From an uncultured delta proteobacterium (GTDB taxonomy: Bacteria > Myxococcota > Myxococcia > Myxococcales > Anaeromyxobacteraceae), in NCBI GenBank assembly GCA_963766715.1, contig CAVYBH010000002.1:192001-256000 (forward strand): a DNA stretch of 64,000 bases. Reading direction: 5' to 3'. Of the stretch, positions 20,334-31,346 are shown piece after piece. Under the pieces are notes generated by a model. That model was not told where the DNA came from, did no database searches, and was given only the letters and a program-made list of their open reading frames with translations. The translations under genes were made by a program, and so were the position numbers. Positions within the stretch are counted from its first letter, which is position 1. The number at the start of each line of letters is the position of its first letter.

Positions 20334-21351
20334 ATGCATGAGATTGCAACGGGTTCCCTGGTGAAGCACAAGTCCCTTGGCGTGGGAAAGGTCGTCGCCG
20401 TCGAGGCGGGCGCCCTCCACGTGTTCTTCCCCGAGAGCGCCTCCCGGTACGCGGCCAAGCTTCGCTGGCCGACCGTGAGCCCCATGCTGACGCGGGAGGG
20501 CTTCGAGCCCAACGCCTGGCTGGAGGGGCTCACCTCCTTCGCCATGGACGCCACCGCGGGCCGGTATGCGCTCGCGGCCAATTTCATCAGCCAGGACGAG
20601 GCCATCGCCAACTTCCTCGAGACCTACCCCAAGGGGTTCACCGACCCCGCGCTACCTGGGGAGCGGGGGCGTGAGGAAGGAGCGGGCGGCCCGGTGGCGC
20701 GCAGCCAACGCCGAGTGGACCGAGCTCTTCGGAGACGGGAAGGGCGACCGGCTCCTCGCGGATGGCGAGTACAAGGACCTGACCCGGAAGCTCCTCCGCG
20801 TCGCGGCCCACGTCACCAAGATCACCGGCGTCATCGAGCAGGAGGTCCTCGAGGAGGCCCTCGAGCCGGGCGACGTCGCGAACGACTTCATCGAGGCGCT
20901 CTTCGGCTACCTGTCGGTGCCCTCGCCGGCCCGGGCGCGCTTCGAGAAGCTGTGCGCGGCGAGCAACGGGCTGGGCGCGCCGTCCGACGTCTCCTGGCCG
21001 CTGGCCACGATGTTCCCGTTCATCGCCGTGCCGACCCGGCAGATGGTGCTCGTGCCCCGATCGACGACCGGGGCGGCGAGCCGGCTCGGGTGCGACCTCC
21101 AGTACCAGGCCGCGCCCAGCTGGGCCACCTACGTCCGGCTGCGGGATTTCTCGACGCGCCTCCTCGAGAAGCTGCAGCTCAGCGGCGCCGTCGACTTCAT
21201 CGACGTCGAGTCGTTCCTGCACGCCACCGCGGCCAGGCGCCCGGCGGCCACAGCGCATCGCACCAAGGCAGCCGCTCCCGCGTCCCCCGCCGCGAAGGCG
21301 AAGGGGAAGCGTGCGGCCGCCCCCAAGGCAGCGACACGGAGAAAGTCATGA
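20334..21351 (+). CDS. hypothetical protein with N-terminal SH3/DUF3553-like domain (frameshift near 20650)
   Basis: GSLVKHKSLGVGKVV N-terminus; helical C-terminal domain ending DFIDVESFL; Lys/Ala-rich tail. Confidence 0.7.
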
Positions 21352-21554
21352 ACGACGATTACCGGGAGTTCAAGGGGCGGCTTCGGAAGCTCGACGCGTT
21401 CCTCCTCGAGGGCGGCCTCTCCGACGCCGAGTTCGCCCAGGCCCTGAGCCGCGTCCGCCGCGCCGAGAAGCACGGCGATCGGACGAGGGAGCCGAGCAGC
21501 ACGATGCGCTCGCTGCTCGAGGCGGCCGAGGGACTGGCGCGCAAGATCGCCTGA
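21348..21554 (+). CDS. small hypothetical helical protein (68 aa)
   Basis: ATGA overlap with the upstream gene; MNDDYREFKGRLRKLDAFLLEGG... Confidence 0.6.
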   Translation: MNDDYREFKGRLRKLDAFLLEGGLSDAEFAQALSRVRRAEKHGDRTREPSSTMRSLLEAAEGLARKIA

Positions 21555-21806
21555 CCATCGAGTCACCGCCGAGATGCGCGGGCGCCCGGTTCCGGGCGCC
21601 TCGCGTCGGCGCTTGACCCTGTCCTGGATCGCCTCGCGCCACCCTTCCGGGGGGTGCAGAAGGGCATCGCCACGCCGAATCGGGCCGGAAGGCACCGATC
21701 TGGGACTTGTCATCCCGGAGGGCCGACGGCATCACTCTGGGTCTACACGGCCGTTGCCCACCCGAGTCGCGCGTCTCACCCCCACGACAGTCCGAGAGAG
21801 ATCCAG

Positions 21807-22349
21807 ATGCCCTCGTTCCAGAAGATTGCACTCGCCGCCGGTCTTGCCGCCCTCGTCGCGCTTCCCACCGCCTCGCGCGCGGAGGCCACCATCAAGGAGG
21901 CCGACGCCGCCATCGCGGCCATCAAGAAGGCCGACCCCAGCCTGAAGAAGTTCTTCGGCAAGTCCGCCGGCTACGCCGTGTTCCCCAACGTCGCCAAGGG
22001 CGGCCTGGTCATCGGGGGCGCGGGCGGGTCGGGCTTCCTCTACGTGAGCGGAAAGCCGGTGGGCAAGACCACCCTCGCGCAGGCCACCATCGGCGCCCAG
22101 ATCGGCGGCGAGGCGTTCTACGAGATCATCTTCTTCGAGACCAAGGAGTCGCTCGCCGCCTTCCAGAAGGGCGAGTGGACCATGGCCGCGCAGGTGAGCG
22201 CGGTGGCCCTCAAGTCCGGCGCCTCGGCCAACGCCGACTACAAGGACGGCGTCGCGGTGTTCACGCTGACCAAGGGCGGCGCCATGGCCGAGGCCAGCGT
22301 CGGCGGCCAGAAGTTCACCTACGAGCCGCTCAACGCGAAGAAGAAGTAG
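21807..22349 (+). CDS. YSC84/SYLF-domain lipid-binding protein
   Basis: Signal peptide; GYAVFPNVAKGGLVIGGAGGSG...GAQIGG...EASVGGQKF. Confidence 0.85.
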   Translation: MPSFQKIALAAGLAALVALPTASRAEATIKEADAAIAAIKKADPSLKKFFGKSAGYAVFPNVAKGGLVIGGAGGSGFLYVSGKPVGKTTLAQATIGAQIGGEAFYEIIFFETKESLAAFQKGEWTMAAQVSAVALKSGASANADYKDGVAVFTLTKGGAMAEASVGGQKFTYEPLNAKKK

Positions 22350-22361
22350 CCGGAGCCTTCG

Positions 22362-25156
22362 ATGACCGGGAACACGACCTCCTCCAGGGCCTGGAAGTGG
22401 ATCGGGGGAGGCGCCCTCGCCCTGGTGGCGCTGGCGCTGCTCCTCGCGGCGCTCGTCGCCTTCGTCGTTCCCGGCATCGTCCGGACCCAGGCCTCGAAGG
22501 GCATGGAGGAGGCGACGGGGCGGAAGCTCGCCATCGGCTCCGTCTCCATCCACCCCTTCACCTGGAAGGTCGAGGTGAAGGACCTCGCGCTCTCCGAGGT
22601 CGGCGGCAAGGGGACCTTCGCGTCGTTCCAGCGCCTCCAGGCGTCGGTGAGCCCCACGTCCCTGCTGCGCGGAGCCCTGGTCATCTCCCAGGTGCGCCTG
22701 GAGGGGCCCCACTTCAACGTGATCCGGACCGGTCCGAACACCTACAACTTCTCCGACCTCATGAAGTACCTGACCCTGCCGGTCCCGGCGCTGTCCCTCG
22801 AGGACGTGGCCATCACCGGCGGGTCCATCGACTTCCTCGACCGAGCCCTCTCCCCCGAGGAGAAGCACACGGTGCGGGACGCCCAGCTGATGGTCCCGTT
22901 CCTGACCACCGTGCCGGCCCGGGCCGCCGAGTACGGGAACCCCCGGTTCAGCGCGGTGATCGACGGGGCGCCGCTCTCCATCGAGACCAAGGTCCGCGGC
23001 CTGCCGCAGGCCCCCGAGGTCTCGGCCCAGATCGACCTGAAGAACCTGTCGCTTCCCGAGTACCTGTCCTACCTCCCCGCCGAGCTCCCGGTGAAGGTCG
23101 ACTCCGGGAAGTTGGCCATCCTGGGCACCGCGAGCTACCGCATCACGCCCGAGGCGGGCGCGGAGATTGGCTGGGACGGCGCCGTCACGGTCACCGGCAT
23201 CCGGGTCTCCGAGCACCAGGGGCCACTTTCGGGTGGACGTCTCCGACGTCGCCTTCCGCTCCAGGGTCACGAGCGGCCAGAAGCGGGGGATGATCGTCGA
23301 GGACGGGGTCCTGGAGATCCGGAACCTCGCCGTCCCGTTCGGCGCCCGCGAGGGCATGGTCCTCGGCCTCCTGTCCGTCACCGGCGCCAGGTTCAGCGAG
23401 CAGAAGGGCCAGGTCGAGGTGGCCGAGGTCCTCTTCTCCGACGGCAAGATCCGCATCTCCCGGGACCGCAAGGGAGTCTTCTCTCCCGTGCCGCTCCTCG
23501 AGCACCTGCAGGCGAAGCTCCCGACTCGGCGTGCGGCCCCGGCCGGGAAACCCATCCAGTACGCGGTGAAGAGCTTCGAGATGAAGGGAATCGACCTGAC
23601 CTTCGTCGACGGAACCCGCAAGGAACTGCCCAGCTTCGCCTTCTCGGGCGTGAACTTCCAGGCGAAGGACATCACCGGGCCGCTGGCAGGCCCGGTGAAG
23701 TTCTCCTTCGGAGGCAGGCTCGGAAAGGACGCGAGCTTCCGGGCCGCCGGCACGGTCGTCCCCACGCCGCTCTCGGCAGACGTCGACCTCGAGCTGAAGG
23801 GGTTCTCGCTCGCCGTCGCCGACCCCTACGTGCCCGACGACGCCGAGGTGGCGATCGCCGGCGGCCTGCTCGATCTGAAGGCCCAGCTGGCGCTCGTCAC
23901 GCGCAAGGACCAGCTCACGGGAACCTACGGCGGAGGGCGCCAGCATCCGGTCGCTGAAGCTCCTCGACCGCCGGCGGGAGAAGCTCGTCGCCTGGGAGGA
24001 GCTGTCCTTCGAGGGAGTGAAGGGGAACATCGAGCCGATGGCCGTCTCCGTGGCCAAGGTCGGGCTGACCGGATTGCGGGTCGATCTGGTGATGGACGCC
24101 GACGGCAACACCAACCTTCCTCGCTCGAAGAAGCCGCCGCCGGGCGGTGCCCCGGCGAAGGGGAAGGAGAAGGCGGCCAAGCCGGCCCCCCAGCTCCGCA
24201 TCGACGAGCTGCTGGTCAAGGACGGCGCGGTGAACTTCACCGACAAGGGCGTGCCCGGCGACTTCCACGCCACCGTGAAGGACATCTCCGTCCGGGTGAC
24301 GGGCATGTCCACCGAGCCCGGGAAGGTCGCCGACGTCCGCGCCAGGGCCACCATGCCCAAGGGTGCGCCGCTGCTCGTCCAGGGGAAGGCGGCTCCGCTG
24401 AAGACCCCGGCCACCGCGGACCTCGAGCTCCAGCTGGAAGGTCTCGACCTCACCACCGCCACGCCCTACGCCGGCACCTACCTCGGGCTCGAGGTGGACG
24501 AGGGAGCGCTCACGGTGAAGTCGAGGGCCAAGGTCGACCAGGGCAAGCTGGCCGCCGAGAACCGGATCCGGGTGGACCAGCTGACGTTCGGCAAGGCCGT
24601 GAAGAGCGACCAGGCCACCTTCCTCCCGGTTCGCATGATCGTCGACATCCTGCGCGACAAGAACGGGGACATCGTCCTCGATCTCCCTGTGGCCGCCAGC
24701 ACCGACGACGAGAACATCGCCGGGTCCATCACGGGGCAGGTGGTGAAGGAAGTCATCTTCCCCCCCAAGTCCCCGCTGCGGAACGTCGTCTTCGCCGAGT
24801 GCTCCATCGATCTCACGCCGGACGCCCAGGACCGGCTTCGCAAGCTCGCCGGTGCGCTGAAGGATCGCCCTGCCATGAAGGTGATCGCGTTCGGATACGT
24901 GGACCGGGAGGTCGACGGCAAGGCCTGCCAGGCGGCCATCGTCGCCGTCGAGAAGGGTGCGCCGCCGCCGCTCGAGGGGGAGGCACGGCTCAAGCAACTC
25001 GCAGAGGGACGCGCCGGCGCCGTCCGCGACTTCCTCGTCCTGCAAGGGACCCTCGAGCCGGGCCGTGTATCGGCCAGGACCGACGACATCTACGCGTCGC
25101 CCAAGCAGAAGGGCGAGCGGCAGCCCCGGGTGGAGTTCGCACGCGGCACCGACTGA
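22362..25156 (+). CDS. DUF748-domain protein with OmpA-like C-terminus (frameshifts near 23230 and 23935)
   Basis: N-terminal TM; YNFSDL, GSIDFLD, LRDKNGDIVLDLPV; C-terminal LAEGRAGAVRDFL...PRVEF. Confidence 0.8.
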
Positions 25157-25256
25157 CGTCCGCCGGACCTCACCCTTAGGGTGAGCCCCCGGATAGCCGC
25201 CCACCCCGGCGCAGCGCTCCCGCGCCGGGATTATCTTCGGGATCGAGGAGGCCATC

Positions 25257-26582
25257 ATGGTCTTCCGAGATCGGGAACAGGGAGGTCGGCTGCTGGCCGA
25301 CCAGCTCGAGTGGTATCGCGCGGCCCATCCGCTGGTGCTGGGGCTGGCGCGCGGGGGCGTGCCGGTGGCGCTGGAGGTCGCGCGAGCGCTCGACACCGAC
25401 CTCGACCTCATCGTGGTGCGCAAGATTGGCGCGCCCGGGTACCCGGAGTACGCCATCGGCGCCATCGCCGAGGGCGGAGCCGTGTACGTGCGTCGCGAGG
25501 CGCTGCGCGAGGTCGGGCTCGGTGAGGACGACATCGCGGCGCTCGCCGAGCGCGAGGCGATCGAGCTCGCGCGGCGGGTTCACCTCTACCGCGGCGACCG
25601 CCCGATGCCGGGCCTCACCGGGCGCACGGTGATCGTGGTGGACGACGGCGTCGCGACCGGCGCCACCGCGCGGGCGGCGGCTCGCTCGGTGCGCCTGCGT
25701 GGGGCGGTCCGGGTGGTGCTGGCCGCGCCGGTGGTCGCCGCGGCCTCCATCCCGGAGCTGAAGCGGGACTTCGACGACGTGGTGGCGGTCGATCAGCCGA
25801 GCCCGTTCTTCGCGGTGGGGCGCTGGTACGAGCAGTTCGACCAGGTCTCCGACGAGCAGGTCATGGAGTGTCTCCGTCGAGGGGCCCGGGCGGAGCAGGC
25901 GACGCTCTCGATCCCATTCGAGGGGCCGGGAGCGGGCTCGGGAACGCTCGAGGCCGAGTTGACGATTCCCTCGGGGGCGAGAGGGCTCGTCATGTTCGTC
26001 CACGGGAGCGGCTCGACGAGGCGCAGCCCTCGAAACCGACTGGTCGCTGCCGAGATGCAGGTGGCCGGATTCGCCACGCTGCTGTTCGACCTGCTGACGC
26101 CGGCCGAGGTCACCGAGGACGAGGCCACGTCGCGCCTGCGCTTCGACATCCCGCTCCTCGCCGCACGCGTGTCCGCGGTGACGCAGTGGATCGCGACCGA
26201 CCCCCGCACCCGGGATCTGAGGATCGGGTACTTCGGCGCGAGCACCGGCGCGGCGGCGGCGCTCGCCGCGGCGGCCGAGCACCCGGAGCTCGTCGGTGCG
26301 GTGGTCTCGCGCGGTGGGCGCCCGGACCTCGTTCCCTCGTCGACCCTGGCCCGGGTCAGCGCCCCGGTACTCCTCCTCGTGGGAAGCCGGGACGAGGAGG
26401 TGGTCCGGCTGAACCGGTCCGTCCTGCGTCAGCTGTCGAGCGCCCAGCTCGCCGTCATCCCCCGGGCGACGCACCTCTTCGAGGAGCCCGGCACGCTGGA
26501 GGAGGTCTCCCGGCTCGCGGCCGGCTGGTTCGCCGGGCACCTCCAGGCGGATGCGTCGAGCGGGACCTGGTCGGCGGCCTAG
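25257..26582 (+). CDS. phosphoribosyltransferase fused to dienelactone hydrolase-like domain
   Basis: FRDR..GG, LARGGVPVA, IVVDDGVATG PRPP loop; HGSGS, GASTG, SRGGRPD, HLFEE. Confidence 0.88.
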   Translation: MVFRDREQGGRLLADQLEWYRAAHPLVLGLARGGVPVALEVARALDTDLDLIVVRKIGAPGYPEYAIGAIAEGGAVYVRREALREVGLGEDDIAALAEREAIELARRVHLYRGDRPMPGLTGRTVIVVDDGVATGATARAAARSVRLRGAVRVVLAAPVVAAASIPELKRDFDDVVAVDQPSPFFAVGRWYEQFDQVSDEQVMECLRRGARAEQATLSIPFEGPGAGSGTLEAELTIPSGARGLVMFVHGSGSTRRSPRNRLVAAEMQVAGFATLLFDLLTPAEVTEDEATSRLRFDIPLLAARVSAVTQWIATDPRTRDLRIGYFGASTGAAAALAAAAEHPELVGAVVSRGGRPDLVPSSTLARVSAPVLLLVGSRDEEVVRLNRSVLRQLSSAQLAVIPRATHLFEEPGTLEEVSRLAAGWFAGHLQADASSGTWSAA

Positions 26583-26598
26583 AGGCGACCGGGGACCG

Positions 26599-27390
26599 TC
26601 AGCGCGAGGTGCGGGACGCGAAGGCGGCGGCCAGGGCCTCGAACTCCTCGGGCCCGACGTCGGAGACGAGCGCATAGCCGACGCCGGATCCACGCCAGGT
26701 GGCCACCCGGAAGCCTCGCAGCGCCGTGGTGGCGAGCGGCGACCCGGCCTCGAGGAGGGGGAGCCCGTCCGGCCGGAAGGCGAGCAGGGTCACCGCGTGC
26801 CTCCGCAGCGTGTAGCGCCACGACGGCGGCCTTCCTGTCGAGGAAGTACCCGACGCCGCCTCCGCGAAGCCGCAGCTCCGCGACCTCCGGCAGCGGGACC
26901 TCGGGCGCGAAGTCGAGGCGACCCTCGAACCAGGGCTTCACCTGGTGGGACTCGGAGCTCGCGAGCTCGAGTCCGCGCGGCGTCCGCCAGGACGCGCAGG
27001 TGATCGCCGACGGCGTCCGCGACCAGGGCCGCCCGCGCCTCGCGGTCGCTCGAGGCGCGCCACGCGAGGACGCCCACGACGCCGACCGCCAGGGCCGCCG
27101 CGAGGGCAGGGAACGCCCGACGCGCCCTCCAACGTCGACGGGGGAGGGGAGCGACGGGGTCCTCGCCGCCAGCGGCGCGCCATGCCTTCCAGGCGTTGCC
27201 GGAGCGAAGCAGGCGCCTGGCGGCGGGGCAGCTCCCGATCCAGCAGATCGTCGAGGGCGCGCTCCGTGGCCTCCATCTGCCGGCACGGCTCGCACCCCGA
27301 GAGATGCGCATGCAGCGCGTCCTGCTCCGGCCGGGCGAGCCGGCCCCGGAGGAGTCCGACGAGATCGGTGCGCGCGTCGATGCAGTCCAT
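26599..27390 (-). CDS. zinc-binding (ZAS) transmembrane anti-sigma factor (multiple frameshifts)
   Basis: HLSGCEPC (HxxxCxxC), TM helix, HQVKPWFEGRLDFAP, YALVSD. Confidence 0.8.
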
Positions 27391-27398
27391 GGCTCTTC

Positions 27399-27948
27399 CT
27401 ACCTCCGGTAATCCAGGAGACGGGCGCGCAGCGCGGCGCGGGCCCGGGACAGGCGCGACTTGACGGTTCCCGGGAGGCAGCCCATCACCGACGACATCTC
27501 CGCCTCGGTCAGCCCCTCCAGGTCGAGCAGGATGACGGTCCGCTGCTCCTCTCCGAGACTCGAGAGCGCGTTCTCGATGTCTCTCGCGACCAGCCCCCGC
27601 AGGCGCCCGAGCTCGACGTCGCCGCGGAGGGAGCCGTCCTCGCACGGGAGGCGGCGCGCCCTCTTCCGGGTCCTCCCCGGCGGCCGGCGCGACGGGGCTT
27701 CGGCGCTCGTGCCGGCAGCGGTCGAGCCAGGCGTTCCGCAGGATGCGCAGGACCCAGGCCTTGAGATCCGTACCGGGTGTGAACTGGCCCCAGGAGCGGA
27801 GCGCCCGGGCGAAGGCCTCCTGGACGAGGTCCTCTGCCTCCACCCGATTGCGGGCGAGGTGCCAGGCGAGGTCGTAGAGCACGTCGGCGAGTCCGAGGAG
27901 CGGGTGCCCCGGGTCGTCGCGGCGGGCATGGGGCCGCGAGGGAGTCAC
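27399..27948 (-). CDS. ECF RNA polymerase sigma factor (frameshift near 27660; start uncertain)
   Basis: AEDLVQEAF...WVLRILRN region 2; [14 protein letters not shown] region 4. Confidence 0.88.
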
Positions 27949-28011
27949 GGTCCTGAGCCTAATGGCCTCCTCCGGGTGCGCCCGTTCCACGGATGTGCCT
28001 CCAGGGAAGCG

Positions 28012-28036
28012 AACGTCCGGCGAGCGAGACGGTTCC
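28012..28036 (-). promoter_or_regulatory. ECF promoter (autoregulatory) for the sigma/anti-sigma operon
   Basis: Minus strand GGAAC-cgtctcgctcgccgga(16)-CGTT. Confidence 0.65.
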
Positions 28037-28051
28037 CTGGGAACGAGACGC

Positions 28052-28076
28052 GGAACCGGTGGCGCCCTCGATCGTT
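28052..28076 (+). promoter_or_regulatory. ECF promoter for the metallophosphoesterase-cupredoxin operon
   Basis: GGAAC-cggtggcgccctcgat(16)-CGTT, 21 nt before the ATG. Confidence 0.65.
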
Positions 28077-28097
28077 GGGCTGGACAGGAGGCACCCC

Positions 28098-29086
28098 ATG
28101 GATCGCAGGCATTTCCTCCGGATCGCGGCATCTTCGCTCGGTGCAGGCGCCCTGTACCGGGTCGCGCCCGCCTGGGCCACGAGCGGGCCGGCCGTCAGCG
28201 TCTCAGGGGAGCAGGCACGGCGAAACGGGGAGGCGGTGACCCCGTTCACCTTCGTGCAGCTCAGCGACACCCACGTCGGATTCGCCGGCCCGCCCAACCC
28301 CACCGGCACGCTCGCGTTCGAGCGGGCCGTGGAGAGGGTGAACGCGCTCCCCGAGCGGCCGGAGCTCGTCCTCTTCACCGGCGACCTGACGCACGAGAGC
28401 GAGGTCCCGGGCGAGCACGAGAAGCGGATGCGACGGTTCAAGGAGATCGCCGGCCAGCTCCAGGTGGCCCGGACGTTCGCGGTCCCGGGCGAGCACGATG
28501 CCGGCCTGGACGGCGGCGCGCTCTTCCGGGCGAGCTTCGGCGAGACGAGCTACGCCTTCGACCACCGGGGCGTCCACTTCGTCGCGATCGACAACGTCTC
28601 CCGGGCGCAGGCCGGAGGTGGGGCGCGAGCAGATCGCCTGGCTGAAGCGGGACCTCGCCCGCTTCACCCCCACCACCCCGATCGTCGTGTTCACCCATCG
28701 TCCGCTCTTCGACCTCAAGCCCGAGTGGGAGTGGTTCACGCGCGACGGCGACGAGGTCATGGCGGTCCTGGACCCCTTCGAGAACGTGACGGTCCTCTAC
28801 GGCCACATCCACCGCGAGGACGTGCACCTCACCCCGCGCGCGTCCCACCTGGCGGCCCGGTCGCTCATCTTCGCGTTCCCCGATCCGGCCGCGACCCAGG
28901 AGAAGAAGCCGATCCCCTTCGACCGCGAGCACCCGTTCCGGAACCTCGGCCTGCGGGTCGTGAGCGCGGGAAACGCGGCTTCGCCGGGCGGGCGCACGGT
29001 CCAGCGCAGACGAGGTCGAGCTTTCCCTGAAGCACCTGTCGGGCACGGAGGGGTTCGCCCAGCTGCTGCGCCCCTCCACCCTGTAG
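28098..29086 (+). CDS. Tat-exported calcineurin-like metallophosphoesterase (frameshifts near 28610 and 29005)
   Basis: DRRHFL Tat motif; DTH, GDL, GEHD, HRP, GHIH metal-binding motifs. Confidence 0.85.
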
Positions 29087-29113
29087 ACCGTCGACGAGCC
29101 TCCGGAGGCTTCC

Positions 29114-29485
29114 ATGACCGCCTCGCCACATCGGACCCGCATTCTCGCGTTCCTCGTCCGGGCGGCAATTCTCGCGGCCATCCTGGCGCCAGCCGGCGCT
29201 TCCGGCGCCGAGCCTCGCGTCGTCGAGATCTCCGCTCGCCGCTTCGAGTTCACCCCGGCCGAGGTCGTGCTGCGCAAGGACGAGGCCGTCACCTTGCGGC
29301 TCCGGAGCGCGGACGTCACCCATGGCTTCTTCCAGCGCGCGCTCGGCATCGACGTGGAGATCGAGCCGGGCAAGGTCACCGAGGTCACCCTCACGCCGCG
29401 GACTCCGGGGCGGTACTCGACCATCTGCGACCACTTCTGCGGGTCCGGGCACGGGAACATGAGGATGACCTTCGTCGTCGAGTGA
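29114..29485 (+). CDS. soluble CuA-type cupredoxin (cytochrome c oxidase subunit II-like domain)
   Basis: Signal peptide; SADVTHG and CDHFCGSGHGNM. Confidence 0.85.
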   Translation: MTASPHRTRILAFLVRAAILAAILAPAGASGAEPRVVEISARRFEFTPAEVVLRKDEAVTLRLRSADVTHGFFQRALGIDVEIEPGKVTEVTLTPRTPGRYSTICDHFCGSGHGNMRMTFVVE

Positions 29486-29537
29486 GCGACCGCCGGTGCG
29501 CGGCCCGGGCGGGGCGAAGTGGACTAGGATGGGGCCG

Positions 29538-29978
29538 ATGAGCTGCTTCCGCCAGGTCGCGCTTCTCCTGGCTGCCACGGCCGGGTTCTCCTGCGCGCCG
29601 TCCGGGATGCCTCCGGCCACCGGCCAGGGGCCGGAGCCCGAGTACGTCCTGCACACCTTGCCGGAGTGGTCGCCGATGGGGGGCGTCGCGATCGGGCGGC
29701 ACGTCTTCCTCCAGCCCTCCCAGCAGAACCCGATCGGCATCGGCCACGAGCTCGTTCACGTCCGGCAGCAGGCGGAGAGTCCGATCCGCTTCTGGGCCAC
29801 GTACGTGCTGTCCCCGCGATGGCGGCTTCGGTGGGAGGCCGAGGCCTACGCCGTCCAGGCCCGGGCCGGATGCCCCATCCAGGGTGACCAGGGGCTCGCC
29901 GCGTACCTCTCCGGTCCGGCCTACCTCTGGACGGCTTCACGGGCCGAGGCGGACCGGCGAATCCGCGAGTTCCTCTAG
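29538..29978 (+). CDS. hypothetical lipoprotein with HExxH motif (DUF4157-like)
   Basis: AGFSC lipobox-like; GHELVHVRQ...EAEAY. Confidence 0.6.
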   Translation: MSCFRQVALLLAATAGFSCAPSGMPPATGQGPEPEYVLHTLPEWSPMGGVAIGRHVFLQPSQQNPIGIGHELVHVRQQAESPIRFWATYVLSPRWRLRWEAEAYAVQARAGCPIQGDQGLAAYLSGPAYLWTASRAEADRRIREFL

Positions 29979-30085
29979 CGGGGGACGGCGCGACAAATCG
30001 AAACGGTGTTCCGGTTCGACCAGGTGGGATGTCCCGGATCGGTGCGCCGCCAGGGATTCTCACGTCCGCGAAGCGCGACCAATCC

Positions 30086-30101
30086 GGGCCCGGTAAGTGC
30101 A
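30086..30101 (+). promoter_or_regulatory. possible sigma54 promoter of aqpZ
   Basis: GGGCCCGGTAAGTGCA with correct GG/GC spacing. Confidence 0.35.
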
Positions 30102-30143
30102 AAGGGACCGTTCTCCCAACCACCCTTCAGTCCTGGAGACGCA

Positions 30144-30862
30144 ATGCCTCTTTCGAAGAAGCTCGGAGCGGAGTTCATCGGTACGGCCTGGCTTGTGCTG
30201 GGCGGATGCGGCAGCGCCGTCCTGGCCGCCGCCTTCCCGGGCATGGGCATCGGCTTCGTCGGCGTCTCCATCGCCTTCGGCCTGACCGTGCTCACCATGG
30301 CCTATGCCATCGGCCACATCTCCGGCTGCCACCTGAATCCCGCGGTCTCCATCGGGCTCTGGGCCGGCAAGCGCTTCCCGCCAAGGAACTCGTCCCCTAC
30401 ATCGTCGCCCAGGTGCTCGGCGCCATCGCCGGTGGCGCTATCCTCCTGGCCATCGCCAGCGGCAAGCCCGGCTGGTTCGACGCCCCGCGCATGCTCGCCG
30501 CGAACGGCTACGGCGCCCACTCGCCGGGCGGCTACTCGATGGTCTCGGCGCTGGTCGCCGAGGTCGTGATGACGATGATGTTCCTCCTCATCATCCTGGG
30601 CGCGACCGACGGCCGTGCGCCCAAGGGCTTCGCCCCCATCGCCATCGGCCTCGGGCTCACGCTCATCCACCTGATCAGCATCCCGGTGACGAACACCTCG
30701 GTGAACCCGGCCCGGAGCACGGCGCCGGCCCTCCTCGCCGGCTCGTGGGCTCTCGAGCAGCTCTGGATGTTCTGGGTCGCCCCAATCATCGGAGCCCTCA
30801 TCGCCGGCGGCCTCTACTCCTGGCTCGGCGGCCACGGCGCCCAGGTCACCGGCGACAAGTAG
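30144..30862 (+). CDS. aqpZ: aquaporin Z (frameshift near 30380)
   Basis: [45 protein letters not shown]. Confidence 0.95.
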
Positions 30863-30878
30863 GTGAGGCCCTCGCGCT

Positions 30879-31252
30879 CTAGGCAGGCTGCCGCTCGCCC
30901 GGCTGAACGTCCGTCGGGCGGCGGCGGGCGCGGCTTCCCGGGCCCCGTCTCCGCCGAGGCGGCGCGCGAAGTCCGCGTCGATCTCGCCGAAGCGCACGCC
31001 CATCGTCCCCATCAGGCTCAGGCGCGGATTGCCGGGGCGCGCCCAGACGACCTGGCCGGAAAAGAACGCCTCGCGGCCGTCGAGGTGGATCGTTCCATCG
31101 ACCGGGGTGCCGGCCGGAAGGACGCGCATCATGCCGGTGCAGAAGCCCCCGGCGCTGACGTTGACGGTCAGTGAGCTGCCGCGGCTGGTCACGACCCGCA
31201 GCCGGACGCGGCGGCGGGGATTGCTTCGGATGACGTTGCCCGTACCGGACAT
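30879..31252 (-). CDS. PilZ-domain protein (3' end uncertain)
   Basis: RSNPR (RxxxR) and NVSAGG (D/NxSxxG) c-di-GMP motifs; VVW...MGVRF. Confidence 0.75.
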
Positions 31253-31346
31253 GAGTGACCCTCGAACCTGGGACCTTATCTCATTATCTGTACGATTCCA
31301 GGTCTTTGGGAATGCCGCGGTTGGGGAGTAAGCGAAAGTTTCCCCG

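Noticed and set aside
21732..23765. Many long opposite-strand or alternate-frame ORFs throughout the window
   Set aside because: Typical high-GC shadow ORFs of real genes, with no recognisable motifs.
30009..30030. GGTTCGA T-loop-like motifs (also near 31263 on the minus strand) as tRNAs
   Set aside because: No paired T-stem or cloverleaf.
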